From Escherichia phage PhaxI: a DNA stretch of 64,000 bases. The stretch lies in the sequence record JN673056. One strand, written 5' to 3'. Position numbers and translations under genes: made by a program. Positions 39,767 to 48,218 of this stretch are shown one piece after another. Under the pieces are notes generated by a model. The model had not been told where the DNA came from and made no database searches. It worked only from the letters and a program-made list of their open reading frames with translations. How positions within the stretch are numbered: position 1 is the stretch's first letter; every line of letters starts with the position of its first letter.

Positions 39767-40336
39767 ATGCACATTAACACAGCAATCATGAAACACATTA
39801 TTCCTTTATTGGCAAAATACGAAGGGGAACGTGCCACGAAAATCCCTTTTGGAACAATCACAGATGAAGTGAAACGCCTGACGGGTAAAAGTATCAATTT
39901 CCGTCGCGTTGTTGAATCTGCGTTAGAGTTGGCCCGTTCTGATTTACAAAATCCAACATTTTCATTTAATATTGACGTAACTTCTTCACTTCGACAAGAA
40001 TTGGAAGAATCATCACAAGCGCGGCGCGATCGTTTCCGTCATTTATATGTTCGTAACGAATTTTCCGAAGGTCGTGTTGGTATGAAACTGGAGTCTATTC
40101 GTTCTGATATTTGCTTCACTGTCAACTATGTTTTAGAGCCAGAGAGCCAGCGCATTTATTTTGGCGCGATTATCGGTTTCTATGGGAACTATATTAATGG
40201 TTGGGCAGAACGTGTTGGAATAAAAGAAACCCAGAACAATCATTCCACACCTTCTACCCATTATATGACGCATGAAGCTGCTGGCGAATATGTTTACCTT
40301 CTGCGTCGTGTTGTGAAGTTAGAAGTGTTAAAATAA
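39767..40336 (+). CDS. hypothetical protein
   Basis: 189-aa ORF diverging from the structural block. Confidence 0.5.
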   Translation: MHINTAIMKHIIPLLAKYEGERATKIPFGTITDEVKRLTGKSINFRRVVESALELARSDLQNPTFSFNIDVTSSLRQELEESSQARRDRFRHLYVRNEFSEGRVGMKLESIRSDICFTVNYVLEPESQRIYFGAIIGFYGNYINGWAERVGIKETQNNHSTPSTHYMTHEAAGEYVYLLRRVVKLEVLK

Positions 40337-40393
40337 CGCTTTATTCAATAAATAATTGTAGTAAAGTTAGTTGCATGGAAGGGAGGGAACACT

Positions 40394-40540
40394 ATGTTTT
40401 ACATGATGTTACTCCTCATCCTCCTGATCGGGATTACCTGCTCTCTCCTGGGTCTACCCGATCAGTCCGGTAAACAGTTGCCCACTTCGGCGCATCCGGT
40501 TTTGAGTGAAGGTTCGTCCGCACTGCTGTGGGCAGTGTAG
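40394..40540 (+). CDS. small hydrophobic peptide (48 aa), not in ORF track
   Basis: ATG at 40394 preceded by strong SD GGAGGG; MFYMMLLLILLIGITCSLLG signal-like N-terminus; sits at the start of the RNA island. Confidence 0.3.
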   Translation: MFYMMLLLILLIGITCSLLGLPDQSGKQLPTSAHPVLSEGSSALLWAV

Positions 40541-42811
40541 CTCAAAGGGGAGAGGACTTTTCAAATTAGCTGGGCTGCGGTAAAGTATTAAACACGAGGG
40601 AAATAACACAGTGGGAGTCGGGTTTGCAGCCCAAAACCAGTTAACCCTATTCTCAGGGCTGTTGATAGAGCGTAATAGCACCCTCGCTGGTGTCAGTGGA
40701 CGCACTGACGTCGAGACGAAACTCCTGTGTAGCGTGATAGCTCAGAAAACGAGAGCACCCGTGCAGTCGACACACATATAAGGGAGTCGGGGCGCTAATC
40801 TCCATCACGCGACAACATTATGAATCTCATAGAGGGTTCATAATGTTGCGTCAAAGGGCAACAAGAGGATTCCTGTTGGTTGAATTAACTTGATTCATAG
40901 TTCTGCTGATCTTCCCGGATTCAGAAGAACACCGACAGGACGAGGCCGGATGCGTAAGTTCCGGCAAATCGATGGTGAGGTGGTGCATTGATGACACGGG
41001 GTAGCGCTCAGAAGTGTGGTTCGATTCCGCACCCTCGCCAACAAAAATAAAAGGTTTTATCAATAACGGGTTACAAAGTATAGTTAACTCACTGAACGGC
41101 AAGCTGTTTGAGTCCTGGCCACTCATAGCGATGTGAGACCAAGACAGGTAGGTTTAGGACTCAAACAGGTTTTCGTTCTCGTTGCTTGCGACTTTGCGGG
41201 TTTTTAGAAACTGACCAAGCAAATAACTGCTAATGATTCCGAAGTTCTGATGGCGGCGTAATAGCCTATAAGTCAGTGAGGTCTTCCGATTCCTCATAAC
41301 AAAATTCGGCGCACTAAAATAGGCGGGAGGGTGTGATTAATAAGCTCCCGCCGAACAATGAGCGGAGCGTGTACTTAATAGGTCGATGGGAGCAGACTAC
41401 TTCTGAGAAATCAGGAGCGTACATGAGAAGGTTCGAGTCCTTCCTCCAATCCCAAAGCCGTTATATCTGACTGTCCAAAGGGGATAAGCTCCTGAGTAAG
41501 CAGAGGTGGGTTGCCTAAGTCAGATGGGATGTAAGGTCAGCGCTGGCTAAGCATTTGGGTTCGACTCCCTAAAGCGGCTCCACATCTTTGAGGGCATTCC
41601 GCGTCAGACGCGAGACTGTATGGAGTTTCAGGAGAAAGGCAACTTAAATCCGAGGCAGTAATGCCCTATGAAATATCGGAGCCTGTTGTACACTGAGTGC
41701 CCTCAAAGATGTGTCTCACAGCGCATCAGTTTGCAGTTATGCAAGCTTCAATAAGTTAAAACGCGCCTCGGGCGTTATGGGATAAAGCCTTAAACAGTGG
41801 AATCCCCAGGGCTAGCAATCCCTGTCAAAGAAGTAGCCGTGTGGGGGTTTGCCCCCACAACGCAAATCGAAGTTCTTTGGGTATATCTTTTAACCCTCAA
41901 GGTCTGTACACAGAAGTGGCCGTCCCATGAGTAAGTTAGGCGATATACAACATGTTGGGTCGAACCTGTTAAGCCCAGAGAACTTCGATTTGCGTACTTG
42001 AGAGAGCGTTGTATGAAATAGGGCAATGCCTTGCAGACCTCGACGCCTACACATTCTAGACACTGGTGGGCGCTGGCGAAGATCTCAATATAAGCTGGTC
42101 ATCAAGGGTAGCTCCCTGACCGGACGAACAATGAGAGGCCGAACTAAGGGGAAACCCGAGACAGGCGCAGTATTTTCAAGTTCGCAAAATGAAGAGCATT
42201 AAAGAACTCGCAAAGGACCTGAAAATTGGTATCCCTGGCTTGTACCACTGAGTGTTCTTCATCTTTGGGTGATTCTATGTTGTCGGGCTATCAACCCATG
42301 CTTGCTGGAGCAACCAGCGGCTCTGAATCAACCAGCCAGCCTCGTTTGGTCCGAGCGTTAGAGGACAAGTTGCTTCTGTATGGAAGCTGCGAGTTGTAAC
42401 ATTTGGTTGCAACTTTGATGGCTCTGGATTTTATAAACCATGTCTATGGGTGACGCGGGATCTTTAGTACCAGAGCCATCAAAGTTGTGTCCAACCCGAT
42501 CTTGCAAGCCCGTATCCCTGTATGGTCAAGACTTGCAAGTGGAAAGCCCTGGAAAAATAAACGCCTGTGGTGAGGCTACGGTGCAAGCCAAAGACCCACA
42601 GAAGCGCGTTGCCGTGAGGCGCACAAACAGGCATGCATGAACTGATCATGCACAAACGGGATAAATGGTTGAGAGACCTTGGTTGGTCACACAATAAATT
42701 ATGGGGCGATAGTTTAAGGGACAGCTGTCCGGACAGCGAGTCCCCAGAGAGAACAGGCTGGCGGCCAAACCAGCAAGGAGAGGTGAAAATCCTCAGACCC
42801 CGCCAAATTTT
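40541..42811 (+). ncRNA. ORF-poor structured region with tRNA 3'-half-like modules and long hairpins; candidate large structured RNA(s) or degenerate tRNA-like genes
   Basis: No credible ORF on either strand for about 2.3 kb; T-arm+acceptor+CCA modules near 41015-41040, 41427-41454, 41555-41582, 42779-42805; GAAA-capped 7-bp helix at 41400-41417; 12-18 bp perfect inverted repeats. Confidence 0.35.
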
Positions 42812-42837
42812 GGCCCCGTAGCTCAGTGGTTAGAGCA
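42812..42837 (+). other. tRNA 5' fragment (acceptor strand plus D-arm) without a matching 3' half
   Basis: GGCCCCG-TA-GCTC-AGTGGTTA-GAGC is a canonical acceptor/D-arm, but no anticodon arm or complementary 3' acceptor strand follows; abuts the endonuclease gene. Confidence 0.5.
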
Positions 42838-42874
42838 GACTAAGTAATACCATGTGTGTTGATTGGTATTACTT

Positions 42875-43516
42875 ATGAAAACTTGTGAATTTTGCTCAAG
42901 GGATTTTGGGACCGTACAAGCATTTTGTTCTCATGTGCGACAGTGTAAACAAAATCCAGACAGAATAATAAGAAACAGGTCTGGGGTTAATAATCCCATG
43001 TATGGTAGGAAGGGTAGTAATCAATTCACCAAAGCTATAAAGTTGGGTTTGGAACCACCTAAAGTTAGGGAAGAAACTTCCCGCGCTATATCCGAAAAAT
43101 TAAAAGGAAAGGCGTGGACACAGGAAAGAAGAGAATCCTTTTCTATGAGGATGAAGGAAATCGTAAAAGAAAATCCTGATTCCTATAGTAGCCACAATGT
43201 GTGTGGTAGGTCAAAAAAGTTTGTGATAGACGGGGTTTTATTTCATTCTTCTTGGGAAGTGGTCTTTGCCAATTATTTGAATAAAAGGTCTTTGGCCTGG
43301 GTGAGAGAAGTAGAATCGATACCTTATATTTGGAAAGGTAAACAGCATTTATACTTTCCTGATTTTTACATACCGGAGTTGGATATGTATGTAGAAGTCA
43401 AGGGGTATGAAACGGAAAGAGATCATGCTAAATGGAGTTGCATTGATAATTTGATAATAATCAGGGAAACTGAGATAAATAAAATTATCTCTGGTGAAAT
43501 TATTTCGGGTCTGTAG
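42875..43516 (+). CDS. homing endonuclease-like protein (zinc finger, NUMOD-like motifs, PD-(D/E)xK-like C-terminus)
   Basis: ATG at 42875; CEFCSRDFG...CSHVRQC finger; NPMYGRKGSNQ and ETSRAISEKLKGK motifs; C-terminal FPDF...ELDMYVEVKG nuclease-like motif; stop overlaps the 5' end of tRNA-Met. Confidence 0.55.
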   Translation: MKTCEFCSRDFGTVQAFCSHVRQCKQNPDRIIRNRSGVNNPMYGRKGSNQFTKAIKLGLEPPKVREETSRAISEKLKGKAWTQERRESFSMRMKEIVKENPDSYSSHNVCGRSKKFVIDGVLFHSSWEVVFANYLNKRSLAWVREVESIPYIWKGKQHLYFPDFYIPELDMYVEVKGYETERDHAKWSCIDNLIIIRETEINKIISGEIISGL

Positions 43517-43583
43517 TTTAATAGGTTAGAACAACGGACTCATAATCCGTCAGGTCTCAGTTCAAATCTGGGTGGACCCACCA
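43507..43583 (+). tRNA. tRNA-Met (anticodon CAT); could equally be initiator or lysidine-modified Ile type
   Basis: Hand-folded cloverleaf: acceptor GGGTCTG/TGGACCC, D-stem GTTT/GAAC, anticodon stem ACGGA/TCCGT with loop CTCATAA, T-arm CTCAG-TTCAAAT-CTGGG, discriminator A, encoded CCA. Confidence 0.85.
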
Positions 43584-43689
43584 AACACAATGAGAGAAAC
43601 TGAAGTGAGAAAGCTCGGTTAAACGAGGGAGTAATTCAGGAGTATCTCACCACTAAATAAACCAGTTGTTCAATAAACAATTGGTGAGT

Positions 43690-43890
43690 ATGATGAAAAC
43701 GTTCGGTGATTTTCTTACTGAGTGGGATGGTCTCGCTACCGACAACAAAGAGATTGTTGAGTTTGTTGAAAAGCGAGGCGATAAGTGGGTTGTCCTTGAC
43801 CACACCAAGACTAAAGTTCTTGGGACACATGACACCAAAGCTGACGCGGACGCCCAATTAAGGGCGATCGAAGCGAATAAACATAGTTGA
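43690..43890 (+). CDS. hypothetical small protein (66 aa)
   Basis: ATG at 43690 with SD GGTGAG; CTAAATA motif about 35 nt upstream; sits inside the RNA island. Confidence 0.4.
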   Translation: MMKTFGDFLTEWDGLATDNKEIVEFVEKRGDKWVVLDHTKTKVLGTHDTKADADAQLRAIEANKHS

Positions 43891-44064
43891 AGGGTTCTAT
43901 ATTATGAAGAATATTTGGGCGGTGATTTCCAACAGAATTCGCGCTAGTTGGGAAGGTCGGATGGTGAGCATCAAGAACGGGTCTCATCCAAAAACTTACG
44001 ATCGTTATGATCCTGCCCTGGATCTTCATGCAGAATAAAGAGTGTTTACGAAAGTAAGAATAGA

Positions 44065-44140
44065 GACGATGTAGTTCAGTCGGTAGAACGGTGGACTGTT
44101 AATCCATATGTCGCAGGTTCAAGTCCTGCCATCGTCGCCA
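44065..44140 (+). tRNA. tRNA-Asn (anticodon GTT)
   Basis: Perfect 7-bp acceptor GACGATG/CATCGTC; D-arm GTTC-AGTCGGTA-GAAC; anticodon loop CTGTTAA; T-arm GCAGG-TTCAAGT-CCTGC; discriminator G; encoded CCA. Confidence 0.9.
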
Positions 44141-44824
44141 AATTGAAGTAGAGTATCTCGAAGCGCCTTCGGAAGTGCGAATCGCGCGATAGCTGCCAAT
44201 GTAAGGCTGCAGGATACAGATACCCAGGGGAGTGAGACCTACTTCATACAATTTCAGAAGTGTAGAGGCTACAGTAGTGCGCACCTCACGGAAAGCTACA
44301 CCGGACACTCTGATACAAATCTACCACCGCGTGGATTAGCTGAGGAAGGATGGCCGATGTCCTCAAGCGTGGCCCAGCACGTGGTGGTAGACCAAACACA
44401 GTAAGCGTTGCAGCCAGCTGTGTATAAAATGGGGTGACTCCACATCGGAAACGATGCCCCAACTTCCAGAAATGGTCGGGCGCGAAGCCTGTAAAGTTCC
44501 AGGAGATCTAACCAGAAGGCACTGGTGCCAGTTAACCAATCGGCGCTGATAAGCGCGGGGAGTTGGGCTACGGCAGATCAAATGCACAATCGGGTGTGAA
44601 GCCCGTCCAAATTACGCTCGGTCAAGCAGTCTGTTTGTAGACGGTCGGTGCGGGTTTTGCAAGACCCAAATTGACCATCAAATAGATGAGGCGCGACTCT
44701 CTGGGTTGATCACCAGGGTGCTGAGGTTCAACCCCTCTAACGGACACCAATAAGTCGTTTCGGTCAGGTCAAGAACCCAGATTTAGGTCATGGCTTGGAA
44801 ATTCTTGACCGAAGCGCAGTATAC

Positions 44825-44913
44825 GGAAGGTTGCCCGAGAGGTTTAAGGGACTCGACTGCTAATCGAGTGGGGCTTTTAGCCCCCGAAGGTTCGAATCCT
44901 TCACCTTCCGCCA
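44825..44913 (+). tRNA. tRNA-Ser (anticodon GCT), type II with long variable arm
   Basis: Perfect acceptor GGAAGGT/ACCTTCC; anticodon stem CTCGA/TCGAG with loop CTGCTAA; long variable arm GGGGCTTTTAGCCCCC; T-arm GAAGG-TTCGAAT-CCTTC; discriminator G; CCA. Confidence 0.9.
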
Positions 44914-44916
44914 AAT

Positions 44917-45002
44917 TGCTTCATAGCTCGAGTGGTAGAGCGCAGGAAAGTTTCGAGAGAACAAGGTGCCTGAGGTCACTGGTTCGAATCCAGTTGAAGC
45001 AA
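44917..45002 (+). ncRNA. tRNA-like RNA lacking a foldable anticodon arm (possible Y RNA-like/tRNA-mimic or tRNA pseudogene)
   Basis: Perfect 7-bp acceptor TGCTTCA/TGAAGCA, canonical D-arm GCTC-GAGTGGTA-GAGC and T-arm ACTGG-TTCGAAT-CCAGT, but 35 nt between them contain no 5-bp stem/7-nt loop; no encoded CCA. Confidence 0.5.
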
Positions 45003-45230
45003 TCAGAATAATGAGTGTGACTTCCTGAAGATGAAGAAGGTGTGCATGCCGACTTCATAACAATCTGGGGTTAAAGGAAGTTAAGAAAGCCGGAGGATAT
45101 GCAAAGGTGAAATGCAATAGCTTTTCATTGTCCTGACGGTTTCGGGTTCGATTCCCGACGCACTCTCCCAAACGCCCATTATCAGAAATTGCTGTGAGTA
45201 GTCTTTCCATCCCCACGATGGTTTAACATA

Positions 45231-45258
45231 GCCCGATCAGAAGATCGGGCTTCTTTTG
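45231..45258 (+). terminator. rho-independent terminator closing the RNA island
   Basis: 8-bp hairpin GCCCGATC-AGAA-GATCGGGC followed by TTCTTTTGT. Confidence 0.65.
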
Positions 45259-45297
45259 TCTATAATAAATAGATCTGACTTGTAAAGGAGGTCTATT

Positions 45298-45531
45298 ATG
45301 GCAACTGCTAAGATCACACCAAACGCAAGTACATGGACGCAAGTCTCAGACGGCACATCTTTGAAAACTCTTCAAGTGACTCACGGTTCTGTGTATCTGT
45401 GTGATAGCCCCAGCGCTCCAACGGGTAACAACGCGCATATCATATATCAAGGAAATATGGTCGTTTTAACCCCGCCGACGGTGGGATGGGTTAAGGCAAT
45501 TAATTCTGATGCGACGGTTATCGTTTCTTAA
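45298..45531 (+). CDS. hypothetical small beta-rich protein
   Basis: 77 aa; SD AAAGGAGG; TATAAT-like element upstream. Confidence 0.5.
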   Translation: MATAKITPNASTWTQVSDGTSLKTLQVTHGSVYLCDSPSAPTGNNAHIIYQGNMVVLTPPTVGWVKAINSDATVIVS

Positions 45532-45540
45532 GGAGGGAGT

Positions 45541-46059
45541 ATGGCCATTTTGACATCTCCCTATTTGGGGAATATGCTTCAGACCCATCGCATCAAAACA
45601 GAAGTCAGATTTTCCGGTTTGTCACAACTTCTAACTTCTGGGGCAACTGGAATAGATTTGTTAACTGTGTTGGATGGGAAGACTCCGAACCCTTCTTCTC
45701 CTACTGGTTTGGCTCCGTTCTTTAAATTATCAGATCACAAATTTCACGCGTTTCCTTATGATTCTATTCTTCCGGTGAAGGTCAATATCGTCGGTTCATG
45801 GTCTGGATCCACTTCAAACAGAACCATGATTGTTGACTTTGTTGGCTCTGTTGGGAACCAGTTATCAAGAAGTCGTGATGCTAGCGTACCGCCGCCGGAC
45901 ACCCTGTCTTTCATTACGTTCTTCAGTGTTGACAAGGATGGGAATCTGGCGACAAACGGGGCGCAAATCAAACTGTACTCTTATGGCGGTGACTTCACTA
46001 TTACTGAGGTCGTGTTGATTGCCGAGCAGGTTGTCCCACTCTATATGACCAGTATTTGA
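45541..46059 (+). CDS. hypothetical protein
   Basis: 172-aa ORF. Confidence 0.55.
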   Translation: MAILTSPYLGNMLQTHRIKTEVRFSGLSQLLTSGATGIDLLTVLDGKTPNPSSPTGLAPFFKLSDHKFHAFPYDSILPVKVNIVGSWSGSTSNRTMIVDFVGSVGNQLSRSRDASVPPPDTLSFITFFSVDKDGNLATNGAQIKLYSYGGDFTITEVVLIAEQVVPLYMTSI

Positions 46060-46130
46060 TTTGTTCAATGACAATAAGGGGTTTAAAATTTAACCGTTTA
46101 TAAACCCCTTCATTGATTTGAGGAAACACC

Positions 46131-46814
46131 ATGCGCAATGTAACAATCTGGGATTACAATGATGTTGTTTGTGATCTGCCTCCATTTGCTCGTCTGTACA
46201 CATATAAAGGCAACAAGCGCACTCTGAATGAGTTCTTGTATCCGGCTTACATTTACAGAGACGGGCACCTCGCACCGCGTTCCCTAGATGATACGGGCGT
46301 CTGCACCCCATTTGATCTGAACAAGAAAGGCCAAGCGGTGTTCATCGGTTATTCCAGCGAAGACGATATGGTCAACGGGCGGCGCGGCCTGTATATGGTA
46401 TTCAATTCATTTGAGCAAGCAGTGAATTGGATGTTCAAAAATGGATATGACTTTTATGGTGAAGAGAGTTCTACTGCTCGCCGCCGTAAAGTTAAGAACG
46501 TCGATTTCTACGCTGAGCGCAAGAAATATCTAGATATCGCTCATCAGTATGAGCAGTCCAAGAAATCTGTTTTAATCAAGCCGTGTGTTTCTGTGGCTGA
46601 AGAAGCGAGTGTTGTGGACAATTCCGATCTGAATCAGGCGATCAAATCTTTGAAGCCGACTCCACCGACTCCGCCAGCCAGTCGTGTTCTGAACGATCAG
46701 GGAGCGCCTGTTGGTGTGGATCCTGAACTTCCACCCATCCTTCAGTATCCTCCGAAGGTGAGCGACTCACGCAAATCGTTTTTCCGCCGCCTGATGGATT
46801 TTCTGACCAAGTAA
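46131..46814 (+). CDS. hypothetical protein
   Basis: 227-aa ORF with Pro-rich C-terminal region. Confidence 0.55.
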   Translation: MRNVTIWDYNDVVCDLPPFARLYTYKGNKRTLNEFLYPAYIYRDGHLAPRSLDDTGVCTPFDLNKKGQAVFIGYSSEDDMVNGRRGLYMVFNSFEQAVNWMFKNGYDFYGEESSTARRRKVKNVDFYAERKKYLDIAHQYEQSKKSVLIKPCVSVAEEASVVDNSDLNQAIKSLKPTPPTPPASRVLNDQGAPVGVDPELPPILQYPPKVSDSRKSFFRRLMDFLTK

Positions 46815-46883
46815 CCCGAGATTCTCCTTTTCTATACTCCTGTAGATACGCTATGATAAGCCAATGTCTACAGGAGAAATAGA

Positions 46884-48179
46884 ATGAACGAGAAAGCTCA
46901 GAAACTCTTAGAACACACCAAGCAGATGATAGAAGAAAATGCATCGCCTATCATCTTTGCCCCATACGTCCCTGTTGTCCTTATGGGTGATCGGAAAACA
47001 ATCTTCAATGCTCTCTCACTTGATAGAAATATCATCCATTGGGAAGACTATCTCTACAAACACACCCCGTGCGAACTCGTTGCCAACCCTGAAACTAATC
47101 AGCAGGTCTGGTTCAAACGTGAAGATTACTTCGCGCCGCTGTCTTGTTATATGAATGGTAAGCAGGGGATCAATGGTAGTAAATTGCGTCAGGCCATCTG
47201 GCTGATGGTTGAGCATTTAAAAGCCGGAGGCTCCCCAGACCTTATCCATGGTACAGTTGTTGGTAGTCCGCAGTCCCCTATGGCGACGGCAGTCTCTCGG
47301 CATTTCGGCGGCAAGACAACTACAGTCCTGGGCGCGACCAAACCAACCACCTGTATGAACCACGATATGGTTAAGATGAGCGCCTGGTTCGGCAGCGAAT
47401 TCAACTTTGTCGGTTCGGGTTACAACAGCACTATCCAGCCGCGCTGCAAGAAATTGATTGAGCATCAGAATCCAAAAGCATATTATCTAGAGTATGGGAT
47501 CACTCTGGATCATACGTTGCATTCTCCGGAGAGGATTGCAGGATTTCATATGCTGGGCGGCGAGCAGGTTGCTAACATTCCGGACCATATCACAGATCTG
47601 ATCATTCCTGCTGGTTCATGTAATTCTTGTACCAGCATTTTGACAGGTCTGGCAATGCACCCGAAACCGAATCTGAAAAATGTATATCTGATCGGGATTG
47701 GTCCCAACCGTCTGGACTTTATTGAAAGCCGTTTGCGTATTATTGAAACAGCTAATCTTCCGCACATAACGGATTTCACTCGTTGCTATCACGACACCCA
47801 TTATTATGTGTATGGTAAGAAGGATCTTCAGCATGCCTCTAAGAGCGTTTCGCTGGCTGGCCTCCTGATGGGTATCCGCGAGAAGGGAGAGCCGGAGATA
47901 ACGCTCCCACGCTTTGCAGTACACCATTGGGATTTGCATACAACGAATTGGGTTCGCTATAATGACCTGATGGATTACCAGTGGGGCGATATTGAGTTGC
48001 ATCCTCGCTATGAAGGCAAGGTCATGACCTGGATCCAACAGCATAAGCCAGAACTGCTCAACGAAAACGCTCTGTTCTGGATTGTTGGTAGCAAGCCGTA
48101 TATTGAGCCAATGAAGGCAGCATGCCCCGAATTGTCTATGCCGGAACAAGTTCCCGTGAACGAGTTTACCCCTGATTGA
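46884..48179 (+). CDS. PLP-dependent enzyme-like protein (tryptophan synthase beta-like fold), candidate DNA-modification enzyme
   Basis: 431 aa; GINGSKLRQA resembles the PLP-lysine motif of fold-type II enzymes; SD AGGAGAAA; function inferred. Confidence 0.45.
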   Translation: MNEKAQKLLEHTKQMIEENASPIIFAPYVPVVLMGDRKTIFNALSLDRNIIHWEDYLYKHTPCELVANPETNQQVWFKREDYFAPLSCYMNGKQGINGSKLRQAIWLMVEHLKAGGSPDLIHGTVVGSPQSPMATAVSRHFGGKTTTVLGATKPTTCMNHDMVKMSAWFGSEFNFVGSGYNSTIQPRCKKLIEHQNPKAYYLEYGITLDHTLHSPERIAGFHMLGGEQVANIPDHITDLIIPAGSCNSCTSILTGLAMHPKPNLKNVYLIGIGPNRLDFIESRLRIIETANLPHITDFTRCYHDTHYYVYGKKDLQHASKSVSLAGLLMGIREKGEPEITLPRFAVHHWDLHTTNWVRYNDLMDYQWGDIELHPRYEGKVMTWIQQHKPELLNENALFWIVGSKPYIEPMKAACPELSMPEQVPVNEFTPD

Positions 48180-48185
48180 TCCCTC

Positions 48186-48196
48186 CTAAATACCCC
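48186..48196 (+). promoter_or_regulatory. late-promoter-like motif CTAAATACCCC
   Basis: Exact CTAAATACCCC about 23 nt upstream of the ATG at 48219; part of inverted repeat ATACCCCA...TGGGGTAT. Confidence 0.45.
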
Positions 48197-48218
48197 ATAC
48201 GACCAGTGTGGGGTATCT

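Noticed and set aside
40454-42694. Short ORFs in the RNA island (for example 40454-40705, 40851-41126, 41790-42026, 42440-42640)
   Set aside because: No SD sequences, overlapping each other on both strands, Pro/Ser/Arg-rich random-looking products, and they cross tRNA-like modules and perfect hairpins; more consistent with non-coding RNA.
42703-42805. Possible long type II tRNA ending in AGACCCCGCCA
   Set aside because: 3' end has a T-arm-like hairpin and CCA, but the 5' strand GGGGCGA pairs only 4 of 7 with the acceptor and no D-arm or anticodon stem folds; kept only as a tRNA 3'-half-like module.
42812-43583. Group I intron carrying the endonuclease gene inside a tRNA
   Set aside because: The downstream tRNA-Met is a complete cloverleaf by itself and no 3' exon complementary to the 5' fragment exists nearby; insertion or duplication scar is more likely than an intron.
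43905-44039. 44-codon ORF (MKNIWAVISNRIRASWEGRMVSIKNGSHPKTYDRYDPALDLHAE) upstream of tRNA-Asn
   Set aside because: Weak SD and no other support; could be real but the evidence is too thin to call.
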